In this document: one piece after another, positions 39,850-54,091 of the stretch | Numbering within the stretch: position 1 is the stretch's first letter | How the letters are laid out: each line of letters opens with the position of its first letter | Assembly: GCA_964016885.1 (NCBI GenBank) | Contig: OZ024741.1 | Location: 224,998,001 to 225,062,000, forward strand | Reading direction: 5' to 3' | Length of the DNA: 64,000 nucleotides | Source of the DNA: Eledone cirrhosa | Taxonomy: Eukaryota | Translations under genes and position numbers: made by a program | Notes under the pieces: model-generated | Seen by the model: only the letters and a program-made list of their open reading frames with translations | What the model was told of the DNA's origin: nothing | Databases searched by the model: none

Positions 39850-42800
39850 ATTGTTTCATTTATTGGCCACAATGGCCGACATATAGAGGACAATACAGAG
39901 ACAGGGACAGTGGGGGTTTACAATAAAATGGAGTAAAAATAACAAGAAACAATTAACAATAAAAATATAACAAAATAAATTCCGCAGTAGGGGGGGGGGA
40001 GGCAACCACACAGGGGCAACTCAGGTACCCCACCAATCCTGAACCACCCGACACTTAGAAGGCACGCGGGAAAGGCACCCTACCCCGCCTCAAAATAACC
40101 AGCCTAGAAGCGTATGCCAAGAGTAGGCCCATTCACACAGACCATTCTGGCCATATGGACGCTGTTGGACGGCAAGGACTTGCCTCTCCAGGTGCCGAGC
40201 TGCAAGCCCACCGACTTTTCCGGGTTTACTTTTGCTCCCGTCAACCTTTCATTTTTCTCCAAGAAGGTGCCGACCACCTCAATTTCCGAAGTGTTCGACA
40301 CCATCACGGTCTGCATAAGCCGACACAGCATTTCCGAGTCCCGGTTCGAGCGGGATGCCGTGCAACAGCTCCAGCTTCCGCTATAAAGGCTCGAGAGTCA
40401 ATACGTACAGAAGAGAGGAGAGAGTTACCATTGACGTACCGATCGGGAGATCTGAAACGGTTCCGAAACATGACCTTTAACTTTGACTACCGAGTAGATG
40501 CCGCTGCGCATTGCAGCGATCCAGTCTCTAAAGACTGGACCGAAACCAGCTGCCTTGAGGACAGCCTCTATGTATTGATGGTCGACCCTATCGAAAGATT
40601 TGAATTCATCTAAATTGAACAGAGCCCCACTGAAGCCAGGTTTACATCTTATCCTCTCTATGATGTACCGCACGAGGTGGAGGTTGTTGTGTAATGACCT
40701 GGTCGGGATTGCGCAAGCTTGCGCCTCCCGTACTAAATCTTAGACAACAAGCATCAACTTCTTCGCTAACACCTTAGCTAAAACATTAAACTTTGTGTTT
40801 AGCAGAGTTATGGGTCTGAAGTTATCCTTCTTGTTCTCATCTTTCCTCATCAGCGTCACTATGCCCCGGCTCACAGAACTGGGAATACTCTCGTTCTGCT
40901 GCCAGTTGCAGTAGAGCACTTTGAGATTGGAGAACAAGTCTAGAATATCTACGTAACGCACGTAGGGCAGTCCATCCAAACCGAGTGACCGCAGCCGACT
41001 AGGGCATCCCGAATCTCGGCTGAAGTTATTGACCTTTTGCAGCCTTCAGCATCGGCTGGCGAGCGATGAAGTGGGCCATCGAGGTGGGGAGAGAAATCTA
41101 CTACCGTCTCCGGCCCTCACTCACCCTCCGAACAGCCGAGCAAATTGATGGCGAAAGGCCTCACGCACCTGTCTGGAATGGTTCGTCTCGCGTTCGTTTC
41201 TGTCCATTAAAGACCCAATTGTAGTTTTGTTACCACACTGCGCCACCGCCATGCGGGGCCATGCAACTGCTTTGGTTTCCTCGTTTCTCAGAGCACGCGC
41301 CTTAAATCTGACAATGCAGCCTTCGTGTTTCGCATTGAAGAAATGACTAATGCCATTCTCGCCGCTAGTACGCCAGTGGCAATGCCATTACAAATAGTAT
41401 CGTCTAATTTAGCTGTCAGCTACCCCATCTTTATATTTTTCTCTAGCGCTACTTCTTTGCTCAAACCTATAGACATTACTCTAATCTCTCTTTTGAGAGC
41501 CCCACCACATATTGTTGACGACCTTGTCAACTTTTGATGAACTATATTATTGACCTGGTCCCTGTAAGCCTTACGTGCCGGAAACGACATGTTCAGTTTC
41601 CAGTAACCAGGTCCTAACCTACGCGTCTTATCTAGGTCGACCATACACATCACAAACCTGTAATCTGAATAGGCGATCGTTTGAAAGTGTGGACAACCTA
41701 TACTATTCTTATCTATTGACCTAATGAAAAATCTATCTATATACGATCTAGATGACCCTATGCGGTTGGTCCAGGTCCACACTGGAGCATTAGGGAAATC
41801 TAGTCGGTACTTCTCAGATAGTTGGAATGGCTGATCAGGTACACGAGGCTTTTGCACCCCATCAGCTACTCCCACACAATCCCAGCGTGCGCCAAAGATG
41901 CCGTTCCCAGAAAGGCTTCCAGGCGCCTAAAGAAAGAAGTTGGTCGTCCGGCCCCAGTCTAAAGGCACCTTCGCTATTGTTCACGTCCAGGACTACCAAC
42001 TTACCGTCCGGACCAGGGAAAATCGACCTTACCTCAAGATCCAGACCTTTCCTAAACAGCACCGCCACCCCACCTCCCATTCCCAACCGACTAAGAGATA
42101 CGAAGATCTGATAGTCGTCGAAAACGGGTGCTAGTGCGTGCGTGTCAGATATCCTAGACTCACTGACGGCAATCACATCCATATCTAGTGACCTGAGGTC
42201 GTTCAGCAGGCGACCCTGCTTTCAGGACGACCACAGGCTACGAACATTTAAACATACTACTCTTAGGATGGCCATGTAGGCAAACTAAAAGAGAGAGGAC
42301 AGGTTTGCTTACCTCCCGGGGGCTTGTGGAGGTCGGGTGATTCGAACTCAATGTTTGGTGGGGTTTCCTTTGGGAAGGAACCCCTTTAAAAGTCTTCAAA
42401 TGGGTTTCATATTAGGGGTTTCCACGTCCCGAGGAAAGCTCTACCTAATCTCTTTGTATGTACCGAGTGACATACGTACCATCCTTAGGCCCTCAGGTAC
42501 GCAAAATGTGCTGGTGCTGAATATTTTCCCCTCTGTCTCTATGTCTTGCCTTCGTACTATCAATAGGACATCAAATCCCTGTTGGCCCTTCTTAATAGCA
42601 CGAAGTTGTGTGTTTTGTTCTTGTGTTAGTTGTGGTTGCTTGCGTTTGTGGGATTGTGGTGTTGGTGGTGTTGTGGAAGTGTTTGTATCTGTTGTAGGAT
42701 TGTGGTGTTGGTGGTGTTGGTGGTGTTGATGGTGCTGTGGTGTTGGTGGTGTTGTGGTGTTGGTGGTGTTGTGGTGTTGGTGGTGTTGTGGTGTTGGTGG

Positions 42801-42970
42801 TGTTGTGGAAGTGTTTGTATCTGTTGTGTGTGTGGTGTTTACATTTTATGTTGTCGGTGTGTGTGTGGTATGTGGAATTTGTTTTTGCGTGCCTTCTTTT
42901 TTGTTTTTTCGCTTTAGGTTTTGCCTCGTCTTCGCTACTGGAAGATCAGGTGACTGTGTCTGTAAGTGAG

Positions 42971-43017
<47 letters not shown>

Positions 43018-43720
43018 GTCAATGTGTGTATTTTGGGTAGGAAGGGGAATGGGAGAGTTTTCCTCGTTTTCCCCCTGGGTGGCAAAAGTTGGTGGTGGCG
43101 TTTCCGCTGCTGTTGCTTGTGGTGTTTCCGGTGCTGATGTTGTTGCTGGTCCCCGCCCCGGCGTCGGCAGCACTGGAGACTCGCGACCCCTTGCATTTTT
43201 GAGCCGAAGGCAGAAGGCTCACAAATGCGTTATTTCGCCCCAGACGAAACAGTGCGGCCTTTTGCCATCAATCATTACCTGTAAAGCCGTCACATTTTGG
43301 AAACGGATATGGTCCACGATATGGGAATGCAGGCTCTTACAGTTCTTTTTCCCACGTGGGATGGGTACATAATGACCTTGCTGGTTTTGCAAGGGGTCAC
43401 ATCGAGGGCTTCTGACTTAAACGCTACCGAGATGGTGCCGTATTGTCTGCCCCTCGCTATATATTCTGTGTCATCTCTGATGCACCTCAGAGCAGCTTCG
43501 ACTCATGCCTGGGTTGTGTTGGTCGCTTTTTTTGTCTCTACTGAGATGCATCTAAAGACCACAGCTTTCCTGTCCACCGCTTCTATGGTCTCTGCCGGGA
43601 CTGTTAAGTTGGCCTTGATTTACTCTTGTTTAATGAGCTTCCAAGTCTGGGCTAACCTTTTTCTTTGTGGGTAAGGTCCGTGCTAAAGCAGGGCCTTTTT
43701 TTAGCTGCTTCAGCAGAGAA
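39850..43720 (-). mobile_element. Decayed Tx1/L1-clade LINE (ORF1 + ORF2, internally deleted)
   Basis: ORF1 knuckle RPHCFV.GEITH. ORF2 from 42275: MAILRVVCLNVRSL, IAVSESR, SRSYIDRF, GPGYWKLN, NFRPITLLN, KSFDRVDH. 3' UTR with AATAAA near 39860. Confidence 0.9.
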
Positions 43721-43789
43721 AGGGTTCTTATTTTGTCTGTGTTGCTGTTGCCGGTGCAGTTGCTGGTCACGTTGTTGGTAATGTTGTTG

Positions 43790-44705
43790 TTGTTGGTGTT
43801 GTCGTTGACACTGTTGCATTTAGTATTAGTGTTGTTCTGGTGTAATTATGTTGTTGTTATTGTTGGTGTTGGTGTTGTTGTTGTCACTGTTGCATTTAGT
43901 ATTGGTGTTGTTCTGGTGTAATTATGTTGTTGTTATTGTTGGTGTTGGTGTTGTTGTTGTCACTGTTGCATTTAGTATTGGTGTTGTTCTGGTGTAATTA
44001 TGTTGTTGTTATTGTTGTTGTTGGTGTTGTTGTTGTCACTGTTGCATTTAGTATTGGTGTTGTTCTGGTGTAATTATGTTGTTGTTATTGTTGTTGTTGG
44101 TGTTGTTGTTGTCACTGTTGCATTTAGTATTGGTGTTGTTCTGGTGTAATTATGTTGTTGTTATTGTTGGTGTTGGTGTTGTTGTTGTCACTGTTGCATT
44201 TAGTATTGGTGTTGTTCTGGTGTAATTATGTTGTTGTTATTGTTGTTGTTGGTGTTGTTGTTGTCACTGTTGCATTTAGTATTGGTGTTGTTCTGGTGTA
44301 ATTATGTTGTTGTTATTGTTGGTGTTGGTGTTGTTGTTGTCACTGTTGCATTTAGTATTGGTGTTGTTCTGGTGTTATTATGTTGTTGTTATTGTTGTTG
44401 TTGTCACTGTTGCATTTAGTATTGGTGTTGTTCTGGTGTTATTATGTTGTTGTTATTGTTGTTGTTGGTGTTGCTGTTGTCACTGTTGCATTTAGTATTG
44501 GTGTTGTTCTGGTGTAATTATGTTGTTATTATTGTTGTTGTTGGTGTTGTTGTTGTCACTGTTGCATTTAGTATTGGTGTTGTTCTGGTGTAATTATGTT
44601 GTTGTTATTGTTGGTGTTGGTGTTGTTGTTGTCACTGTTGCATTTAGTATTGGTGTTGTTCTGGTGTAATTATGTTGTTGTTATTGTTGGTGTTGGTGTT
44701 GTTGT
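43790..44705. repeat. 76-bp GT-rich minisatellite (~12 copies)
   Basis: Unit contains GTCACTGTTGCATTTAGTATTGGTGTTGTTCTGGTGTAATTATG. Confidence 0.95.
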
Positions 44706-45044
44706 TGCCGTTGTTTTAGCACTTGTTTCGTTGTGGCTGTTGGTGCTGTTGTTGTTGATGTTATTGATGGTGGTGTTGTTGTTGGTCTTGTTGCTAATTT
44801 TGTTGTTGCGTGTTGTGTGTGTAATTGTTATTTGTTAATGTCCTCAATGGTGTTTGTTGTTGCGTTATCCCTCCTTTCAACTTTTAAGCCGCTATCCCCA
44901 GACGGCAGACTTGGGGAAGGAAAATCGATTAAATCGACTGGTACTTTATTTATCAACCCCGTAAGGATGAAAGGAAAATCTAATCTTGGCGGGATTTAAA
45001 CTCAAAACGTAATAATAATAACTACAATGACAGCAATCATAATG

Positions 45045-45265
45045 ATTTCTAGTATAGACACAAGGCCAGTAATTGGGGGGGGGGGAGGGGAGAAAGTCGA
45101 TTTAATCGACCCCTATGCGTGATTAGTGCTTTATTTTATCGACCCCGTAAGGATGAAAAGCAAAGTTAAACTCGGCGGGATTTGAACTCAGACCGTAAAG
45201 GACCGTAACTCTGTGCTGCAAAGCATGGTGTCCGACTCTTTACCGATTCTGACAATCCACCGCCT
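45045..45265 (-). mobile_element. tRNA-derived SINE; other minus-strand copies at 39655-39835, 44900-45010, 48293-48477
   Basis: Matches the main SINE family. Confidence 0.85.
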
Positions 45266-46240
45266 TCAAGACAACAACCATAATAATACCGGTCAATGTC
45301 ATACAAGCAGCATTTATACATACTAAACATGAAATGATGGAAAAGGGTCTTATAAAAACGTGTATGGTGAGATAATTAAATTGTATAAAACACGAGACGA
45401 GGTATACAATAAATATGACAATAAGTTTAAAAATTCATCGATACAATATACAAATGATTCAATATAATAAAGAACTGATCATAGTAAAACACAATAACTA
45501 AGGTTTATTTTAAAAAAGGTGAGAAATCGCCGCCTACGTCAGTCACAATATCTTTTGGTAAGAAATGACCAGCTTCTTCCAAGTTTTTCCTACACGAAAA
45601 ACCAGTCGTTTCTTTTAGGGATTCTTGGGTTATAGTGGGCGAGTAAAGGCCCAGGTAGCTTATAATGTTTAGTGAACGTTAAGAGAGAACTTTAACACTA
45701 AAAGATCTGTTTTTTTAAATATATTTTTTAAATCTATTTTTGTTTTGTAGACCGATCGCTTTGTCTTAATATCTGCATTTCGTTTGAAAAGTCTCAATGA
45801 GCGTGATCAATAATCATTTGGTTGATCATGCAAATAGCTATGAAATTTAAATAAATAGGCACTCCTCATAGCACTACAACTATATAGGTCAACTTAGCCT
45901 TTCATCCTTCCGGAGTCGATAAAAATGAAAGAATGAAAGTCCAGTCGAGTACTGGGGTTGATTGAATAAATTTCCCCTGCTCAAGATTTCTGCCCTTGTG
46001 CCTAAATTAGACACCATTATAATTATTATAATTATTGACTGCTGGCCTATCATGTCACCTTCCTTTGGTGCTCTAAATGTGGTAGTTTGGTTGTGTTGAA
46101 GTATTGCGTAGTTTTACATAGTGTAATTTAGTGTTGTAGAGCTTATATAGCATTAGAGAATGTTATAGTGTTGTAGTGTTTATATAACGTTATATAGTGT
46201 TTAGTGCTGTAGTGTTCATAAAGCATTAGTTAGTGTTGAT

Positions 46241-46430
46241 GGCGGTGGACTGGCAGTATCGGTAGAGGGTCGGACGCCATGCTTTGACGCATAGAGTTAC
46301 GGCCCTTGCCATTCTGAGTTCAAATCCTGCCGAGGTTAACTTTGCCTTTCATCCTTGCGGGGTCGATAAAATAAAGTACAGTAATGCACTGGGTAATTGC
46401 TGGCCTTGTGCCAAAAGTAGAAACAATTAT
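46241..46430 (+). mobile_element. tRNA-derived SINE, main family
   Basis: Full head, core and tail. Confidence 0.9.
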
Positions 46431-46949
46431 TTAGTGTTGTAGACCTGTTAACTGTCCTCGTCCGACGGAGAGATCTGCCACCCACTTTGGGGTGCGTCTT
46501 TTCTTGTGAAAATGGGTATAGCTTTCATTATGTAAAATCTATACATTTTGCCTCATCTCCCAGTTTTAGGGCACCCTTTTTCATGGTACTCCCCTTTAGA
46601 GGTTGGCAGGTTAGGTGTTTTAGAAATGCCTGGGTAGTTGTTCCAGTTCATTGCACTTTCAAATCTCACCAAAGTCAACTTTGCTTTCATCCTCATGAGG
46701 TGCAAGTCCAGTATTGGGGGTGAGTCTTTCTATGTTTTTTTTTCTCTGGAAGAAATCGGCTGCGTTTCACTTGGTGAGGGATGGATTCCATAAGGTATAA
46801 AATATCCAAGACACGCCAAGTGTCTTGACGGCGCTCTACGACTCCATCAGGAGTTACGGGTCCTTTACCTTAGTGTTATGTAGTGTTATACAATGTCTCT
46901 GCCTCATTTAAAGTTGTTACATGTACATCGTTTTTATATAGTGTTGCAG

Positions 46950-46992
<43 letters not shown>

Positions 46993-46995
<3 letters not shown>

Positions 46996-47430
46996 GTATT
47001 GTATATTTAATAATATACTGTATGTTTATTTAAATTCATAGCGAAAGACCTTCAAAAGTGTTTAAATAAACATACAGTATATTATTAAATATATAATACG
47101 TACATTCATATATACATCGCTATTTCAGAGTTCCAACATAAATTTCTAATTGTTGCAGGGCCGGCAACCGTCTATATGTTAATGAGTTTAAACAGCTCAT
47201 AAACATAATTGGTATCCTATAATAATCCAGCTTCTACAGCTCACAGCAAAAAAACAGAGGGATATATAACCCTGATAACCGTTAAACAGCTAGAAACAAT
47301 CGTCGGTTATTACCCTTTGTTTTTGCTGAAGCTAGGTATGTGACTATAGTCACTATCTTAAATTCATAGCGAAAGGCCTTCAAAATGTTTTAAAATAAAC
47401 ATACAGTATATTATTGAATAAAATATAATA
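46993..47430 (+). mobile_element. Diverged relative of the 310-bp HHR unit (328-bp period, ~1.2 units, short 5' inversion)
   Basis: Shared blocks ATCGCTATTTCAGAG, AATTTCTAATT, CCGGCAACCG, ATAGCGA..CTTCAAAATGTTT..ATAAACATACAG. HHR at 47266-47310. Confidence 0.8.
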
Positions 47431-48699
47431 TATATATAATAGAAAAAAACCGAGGTAGTTTTGTTTACATATAAAATATATTTATTGTGTCGACTTGTTA
47501 CACGCGTTTCGTTTTTTTTCTATTATATACACTGTGCATATGCATAGAGTGCTTAATAAGGTACCAACACCAGTAATTCACTGCTGTACTATCCATACAC
47601 TATATACACTATATATATATATATATATTGCTGTAGAGCTGTAATGTGTTTATAGGGATATATTATTATATAGCGTGTCTACTATATAGTGCTGTATGTT
47701 GATTTACGATTATATCTGGAAGGAGTAAAGGACCTAGAGTATACTGTACAAAAATCCAATTAATGAATTTAACCAATAAAATTAGTACAATGTGTGTCGC
47801 AATGGTAGCTCTTATTTACTTGACAATTCCTTCAGGTATTTCCAAGTTCCGACGTCATTATTCTACTTCAGGCCAATGTTGGCAATACTATTTCTTTGTT
47901 TCATGATAAGATCTTTTTCTTTTCATTTTCATTTTAATTGCGTTTGGTGTCTTAATGATTTTATTTCATTTTTTCCCAGATTATTTTCCTGTTATTGAAG
48001 GTTGCTGCTAATGTCGATAATCACGATGGTGATTAGCATGATGGTGATGGTGGGGATAGTGGTGGTAATGTTGATGAGTGTGGTGGTGGTGGTGGTGGTG
48101 GTGGTGATGTTGATGCGGGTGATGATGATGGTGATGGTGGTGGTAGTGGTGGTGGTGATGTTGATGAGAGTAATGATGATGATGGTGGTGGTGATGATGA
48201 TGATGGTGGTGGTGGTGATGATGATGATATAGAACATAATAAAAACGATGATGAAGTTGATGGAATGTTGATGAAAAATGTAACAACAATAATAATTGTT
48301 TCTACTTTTGGCACAAGGCCAGCAATTACACCAGTACATTACTGGTTATTTTATTTTATCGACCCCGTAAGGATGAAAGGCAAAGTTAACCTCGGCGGGA
48401 TTTGAACTCAGATCATAAAGGGCCGTAACTCTATACTTTAAAGCATGGCGTCCGACCCTCTACCGATACTGCCAATAATGATGATTTCTTATAATAATAA
48501 TTTCTTCATTAACCACAAAGGGTTTACCAAGAAAAATACAACAACGCAAAACACACACACGACATATAAAGATACAGTGGAAACGTATGAAAAGAGAAAT
48601 AAGTAAAACAAAAACAAAAAAAACAAACAAAACAAAACAAAAGTGATAACAGTTAAATTCAAAGCAAAGAACATTTCCTAATATGAAGAAGAGAAAACT

Positions 48700-49600
48700 T
48701 TCGAGGCCTACTCGTGGTAAACCCCACAAAAATCCACGGTACCCTGACTACTAAGGTAAGAACCATCAAGTTTTCCTCCACCAATCTACGGATGCATATT
48801 CAGAGCCGGTTCATATTCGCCACTCTCATCTACTTTTCAACAAATTTGCTGGAAGGAAGCACTTTCCTGTTTATCCTTAATTTTCTTTTCAAGTGAAACT
48901 TGAAAATGTTGACAAAACCTTGGAAAAGAGGAAAGTGTTTGTCTTCAGCTCTTTCAAACTTGTCCACTATTTTCATAACACATAAAAATACCTCTTTTGC
49001 CATGACCACCAGACAGATAAAAACTGCCTGCCCTTCCCAACAAAATGAAGGCGGCAGGGCGATCTTCACAATAGACTTGGCTAATAGCTGGATCTGTCAT
49101 ATACGTGATTACAGCTGTTCGAATTAACTCTACTTGACAGGAATGCTCGAGCACTAAACGAGGGCGTGCTGAACGCTTTCGTCGCTCTGCGTGCATCACA
49201 CAAAACCCTAACTGACGACATTTCAAAGCTTGTAGAGTTTATCTCGAACTGGCAATACCCCTTGGTAGCACTGCCAGTCCAGGGATTTCTGGAAGTTATC
49301 TATGTACCCTGGATCAAAAGTATTCTACATCAGACTAGAACGTCGTCACTTTTACCAACTACTAAACCTCTATACAACAACTATGTAGAACATCAAGCGT
49401 CAGCACATACAGAAGAAACAAGAGGAGACAAGCTTGAAAGACCTAGTACATGATACTGAACGGTATCCAGACCCTGATGACGGGACCAAAACCGGTGGCT
49501 ACGTGGACTGTTGCCAAATACTGATGATCGACATTACCAAAGTCTTTCAATTGATCTAAGTTGATCAGGACTCCAACTGTGATAGGTTCCTTGTCCATGC
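48700..49600 (-). pseudogene. Tx1/L1 ORF2 3' fragment
   Basis: CTQSDESVQHALV.C zinc-knuckle remnant and FKFHLKRKLRINRKVL C-terminus. Confidence 0.6.
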
Positions 49601-50290
49601 TTTCTATAATTGTGTAAACGTGTATGTCGTAGTGTATCTGTTTGTTTGTGTCACCGTATAAGTGTGAATGTGTGAATGCTTGTATATTGCATATTCATGT
49701 GATTTATTAAAAACGGTAAAGACCCCATTCGGGATTTGCTGGAAAGTTCCCCCCCGAAGCATAGATCCGGGCAAAGTTGTTTGTGGAAGACCAGGAGTCA
49801 CCCATGCATAACAGTCTCCCCTCTCCACGCTACTGATGTTGTCCAAGGGAAAAGTAATGGCCGATACAGATTGGCATCAGTGCCAGCACAACTCATTCCT
49901 ACTGCTGTGTGAACTGGAGCAACGTGAAATAAAGTGCCTTGCTCAAGAACACAACGCAAACCCCGGTCCGAGAATCAAACTTACTATCTCACGATTGTAA
50001 GCCTGACTCTCTAACCACGATGCCATGTGATATATATTATGTCTATAGAAACATATCGGACGTATTGCAGAATATCGTTCGATCTGTCCAGGTCTGTTGT
50101 TTTAACCTGATTAGTTCTTTCGTCGTTTTGGTATTGTGTGGTTGGGTTTTGCCTAGCACAATTTCCAATTTGTCAAGTAATGTTATTACTCTAAGGACCT
50201 ACCCTTATCGAGTGCTTTGCTACTCATTCCTTATTGTAGGGCGATTTTGCTTGGCCACAGCCAAAGCTTCGATTTTACTAAGCTTCCACT

Positions 50291-50327
<37 letters not shown>

Positions 50328-50465
50328 ACGTCAATACTCATCGTTTCCCATTTATCTGAGGGTTCTAAACTCAGGCTAAAATATTTCTTTAGTCAAAAAT
50401 ACGGTGAAAGTTATTCTATTTTCTAATTTCAAACCTGCTCACTGGTTCAAAAACATACTTACTTG

Positions 50466-50520
<55 letters not shown>

Positions 50521-50553
<33 letters not shown>

Positions 50554-53500
50554 CCGTTTTACGTCCGTTCTTCCACGCTAGCATGGGTTAGACGGGTTGT
50601 CCTGTTGTGGGCAGTGTCTGGTCGGCTGACCATGCCTTGCTCATACAGGAACTGATTTGGCTTGATTTCTACAGCTGGATGCCCTTCCTAGCACCAACCT
50701 CATTTACAGTGAGTGCTGGGTGCTTTTTCGTGGCGCCTACACGTTCACTTTACAGTGTGGGCTGGATACTTTTTTGCCGTGGCACCTCCACGACCACCTT
50801 GCAGTGGGGGGGTGTGGGGGCATATTGTCTATATGCTTCAGTTTGTACCCATGGGAGGTCGGGTACTCTGTATTACTGCGTGACGCCAGAAGTCACGGTC
50901 GTGTGTCATCGCCTTTCAAAGGTGTAATTGGGTAAGGTCGGCTTTTATCACCTCATCCCAGGTCATCTTGGGTCTCCCCACTCCGCGGTTTCCATCGACT
51001 TCTAGTGCTCTGCTCCTTTTTAGGCAGCTGTCATCCTTCATACGCATCACATGTCCATACCAGCGCAACCGCCTCTCCTGCACACAGCATTTGATTCCTC
51101 TTATGCTCAGTCTCTCTCTCAATTCATTTATGCTTTGTCGTTCGCGTATATTACTGTTACACATCCATCGGAGCATGCAGGCTTCGTTTCTCTCTAATCT
51201 ACGTAAGTCTTCCATCTTCAGCGCCCAAGTCTCACTACCATGCAACATCGCTGTTCGGATACACGCATCATACAGTCTTTCATTTTGAGGGAGAAGCCTT
51301 TTGCAGCTAGCAGTGGTAGTAGTTCCCGAAACTTCTTCCATCCCGTTCTTACCCTAGTTATTGAACTTTCTGAACACCCACCTCCGCTGCTAATTCGGTC
51401 ACCTAGGTAGCAGAAGCTGTCTACTGTTTCTACAGAGCCCTCCCAGAGATTGGTGGTACTTGTTTCCTGTGGCTGTTTGCTGCTTGCTGTCCCAGCACAG
51501 CTGCTGCATGTGAAGCCTACATTCTTAATTAAGCTTCCTGAGATCCCGCTACATCTCTTGTGTACCCATTGTTTGCATTTGGGACAGAGAATGGAGTTCC
51601 TACCTACACCTTTCCTACATACTGAGCAAGGCCATTTCCCTGAGGGGATCTGGGTTCTGTTTTCTCGTCTACTTACAAGGACCTTAGTCTTTGTCATGTT
51701 GACTTTGAGACCCTTTCTTTCTAGTCCCTGCTTCCAAGTTTGGAATTTCTTCTCTAGTTCTACCATAGATTCAGCTATAAGTACGAGGTCATCAGCATAC
51801 AGGCAGGAGTTCCCATGGGCATCCGGTCTTAAACTCCTCCGTTATTGCCTGTCAAAGGCTTTCTCAAGGTCGGTCGACAAATTCCAGGTAGAGTGGCTTA
51901 CTTTTAGCTAGGTACTTTTCCTGTAACTGCCTCACAAGGAAGAGGGCATCAGTGGTGCCTCTTCCTGGTACAAACCCAAATTGCATCTCGTCTAGTTTCA
52001 CCCGGTCCCTAATCAACTGTGCTATAACTCTTTCTGTTACTTTCATGACCTGGTCCATCAGCTTTATACCTCTATAGTTTCCTCTATCTAGTGCATCACC
52101 TTTACCTTTGTAGCAGTTGACAATGATGCTACTGCACCAATCTTTTGGTATGACACCTTCTAGTATTACCTGGTTAACAATACGTGTGGTTATAGTGTGA
52201 CCTACAGACCCAGATGCCTTCAGCATCTCGGCAGCTATACCCGATGGACCGGTTGCCTTCCCCATCTTCATATCTTTGATTGCCTTACTTACTACGTTGC
52301 TGCTGACTTGTATTGCTGGCCCCTCTATAGGTGCTACTTGGGGTAGGGTCTCTTCTTCCCATGCATTCTCCTCATTTAGTAATCTATCATAATGACTCTT
52401 CCATGCATCTTTCTTCTCAGTACTTGTGAGGGCAAGCTCGCCTTTATCATTCCGGATACACTTCTCTCCAATGACATCACAATTCTCTCTGACACACTGC
52501 CTCGCAATCTTGAACACCTCCTGTTTCTGGTCCTCACGTTGTAAAACATGCTTGAATTTTCTATCCTCTGCTTCCCTCCTAGCTAAGTATACTTGTCGCC
52601 TAGCTTCCCTCTTGGTCTCTATGTAATGTACCCTGCTCCCCCCGTTATTCCATTCTTTCCATGCCTGTCTCTTGGCCTTAATTGCCTCATCTACCTTATT
52701 GTTCCACTACCAAGTCACTCTCCTCCTGCTTGAGGTCTTACTCCAGCCACAGACCTCATCCGTCGCCTCTAGTAAGTTATTTTTTAGGAACTCCCAATTC
52801 TCTTCTACATTGAATGTCTCTATCTGTTCTTCTTTACTATCGTAGGCGTTGAGTAAAATATCTTTAAATCTGTTACTGGTTGAGGGGTCTTTCAGCTTCC
52901 AGATCTTTCTTCTCCAGGTTGGCCTCTGTTTCCAGGTTCGTCTAGTTCTGACTGTAAGGTCGCTGACAACTAAGCTATGTTGGGATGTACATTCCTCACT
53001 AGGGAAGGCTTTTGTGTTTACGACCGTCCATCCTCTGATGAGGATAAAATCTATCTGACTAGAGTGCTCCCCTGATCTATAGGTGATCAGGTGGTTGTCG
53101 GGTTTATTAAAGTTTGTGTCATTGGCGTCGCAGAATTCTAGAAGTCTGAATCCTTCCTCATTTCTTGTGCCAACCCCATGGCCTCCATGGACTCTATTGA
53201 AACCGTCGCAGTGTTTACCTACGTGTCCGTTAAAATCTCCTGCGATGATTAGAAAGTCATTGTCGTCTGTTAGAGCAGTAGTGTGCATTAGGGACTCGTA
53301 AAATCTATCCTTAAGTTCGTCTGGCAGCCCCGATTGGGGTGCGTAAGCTGATATTATTGTGGTAATTGGACTAGTCTGAGTTTAATGATTCTTGCATTTA
53401 CCCTGTTCACTGAGATTACTTTATCTACCCACTTGTCAGCTAGTAGTATACCTACACCACCCATCCCATCGTCATTTTCCACCCAGAAAAATTTGTAGCA

Positions 53501-53580
53501 CAGACTTTTTCCTACAAGGACTCTATCAGACTCTCCTCTCCATCTAGTCTCTTGCACACAGCATACATCATACATCGTAG
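50521..53580 (-). mobile_element. Decayed RTE-type LINE with a PHD-like finger and (TGA)n tail
   Basis: CVQETRW, AGDFNGHVG, NYRGIKL, QFGFVPGRGTTDA, YADDL, WPCSVC..CPKCKQWVHKRCSG, RLRWYGHV. Frameshifts and an RT deletion. Confidence 0.9.
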
Positions 53581-53607
53581 GGAAGGGTCTCTGGATTGGC
53601 GCTTCAC

Positions 53608-53684
<77 letters not shown>

Positions 53685-53721
53685 TATACATATATATAGT
53701 TGTTTATACAGACTGAGCACA

Positions 53722-54051
53722 CAACACACACACAGAAACAAAATGGCGTAGGACAGAACAAAGGAGAGGCACAGAAACAAAGAAAGGAATCCCCAGTCAC
53801 TGAAGAGGTCACAGAGTGTGTGACGAAAGAACTATGACTATGTATAAACAACTATCTGGTTGTGGAACCAACCAACCAACCAGAAATTTATAAATTTATA
53901 AACTTATTATAAATTTATTATAATAAATTGAAGTGAAAGCAACTGGTGCGTGTGTTTCTTATTGGCAACATGACCCTCCCAAAGTATAACAATATCGGTT
54001 TCAACACACGATTTCAGATAAAGAATCTTGCTAAACAAATTCAGAAACGAA

Positions 54052-54091
<40 letters not shown>

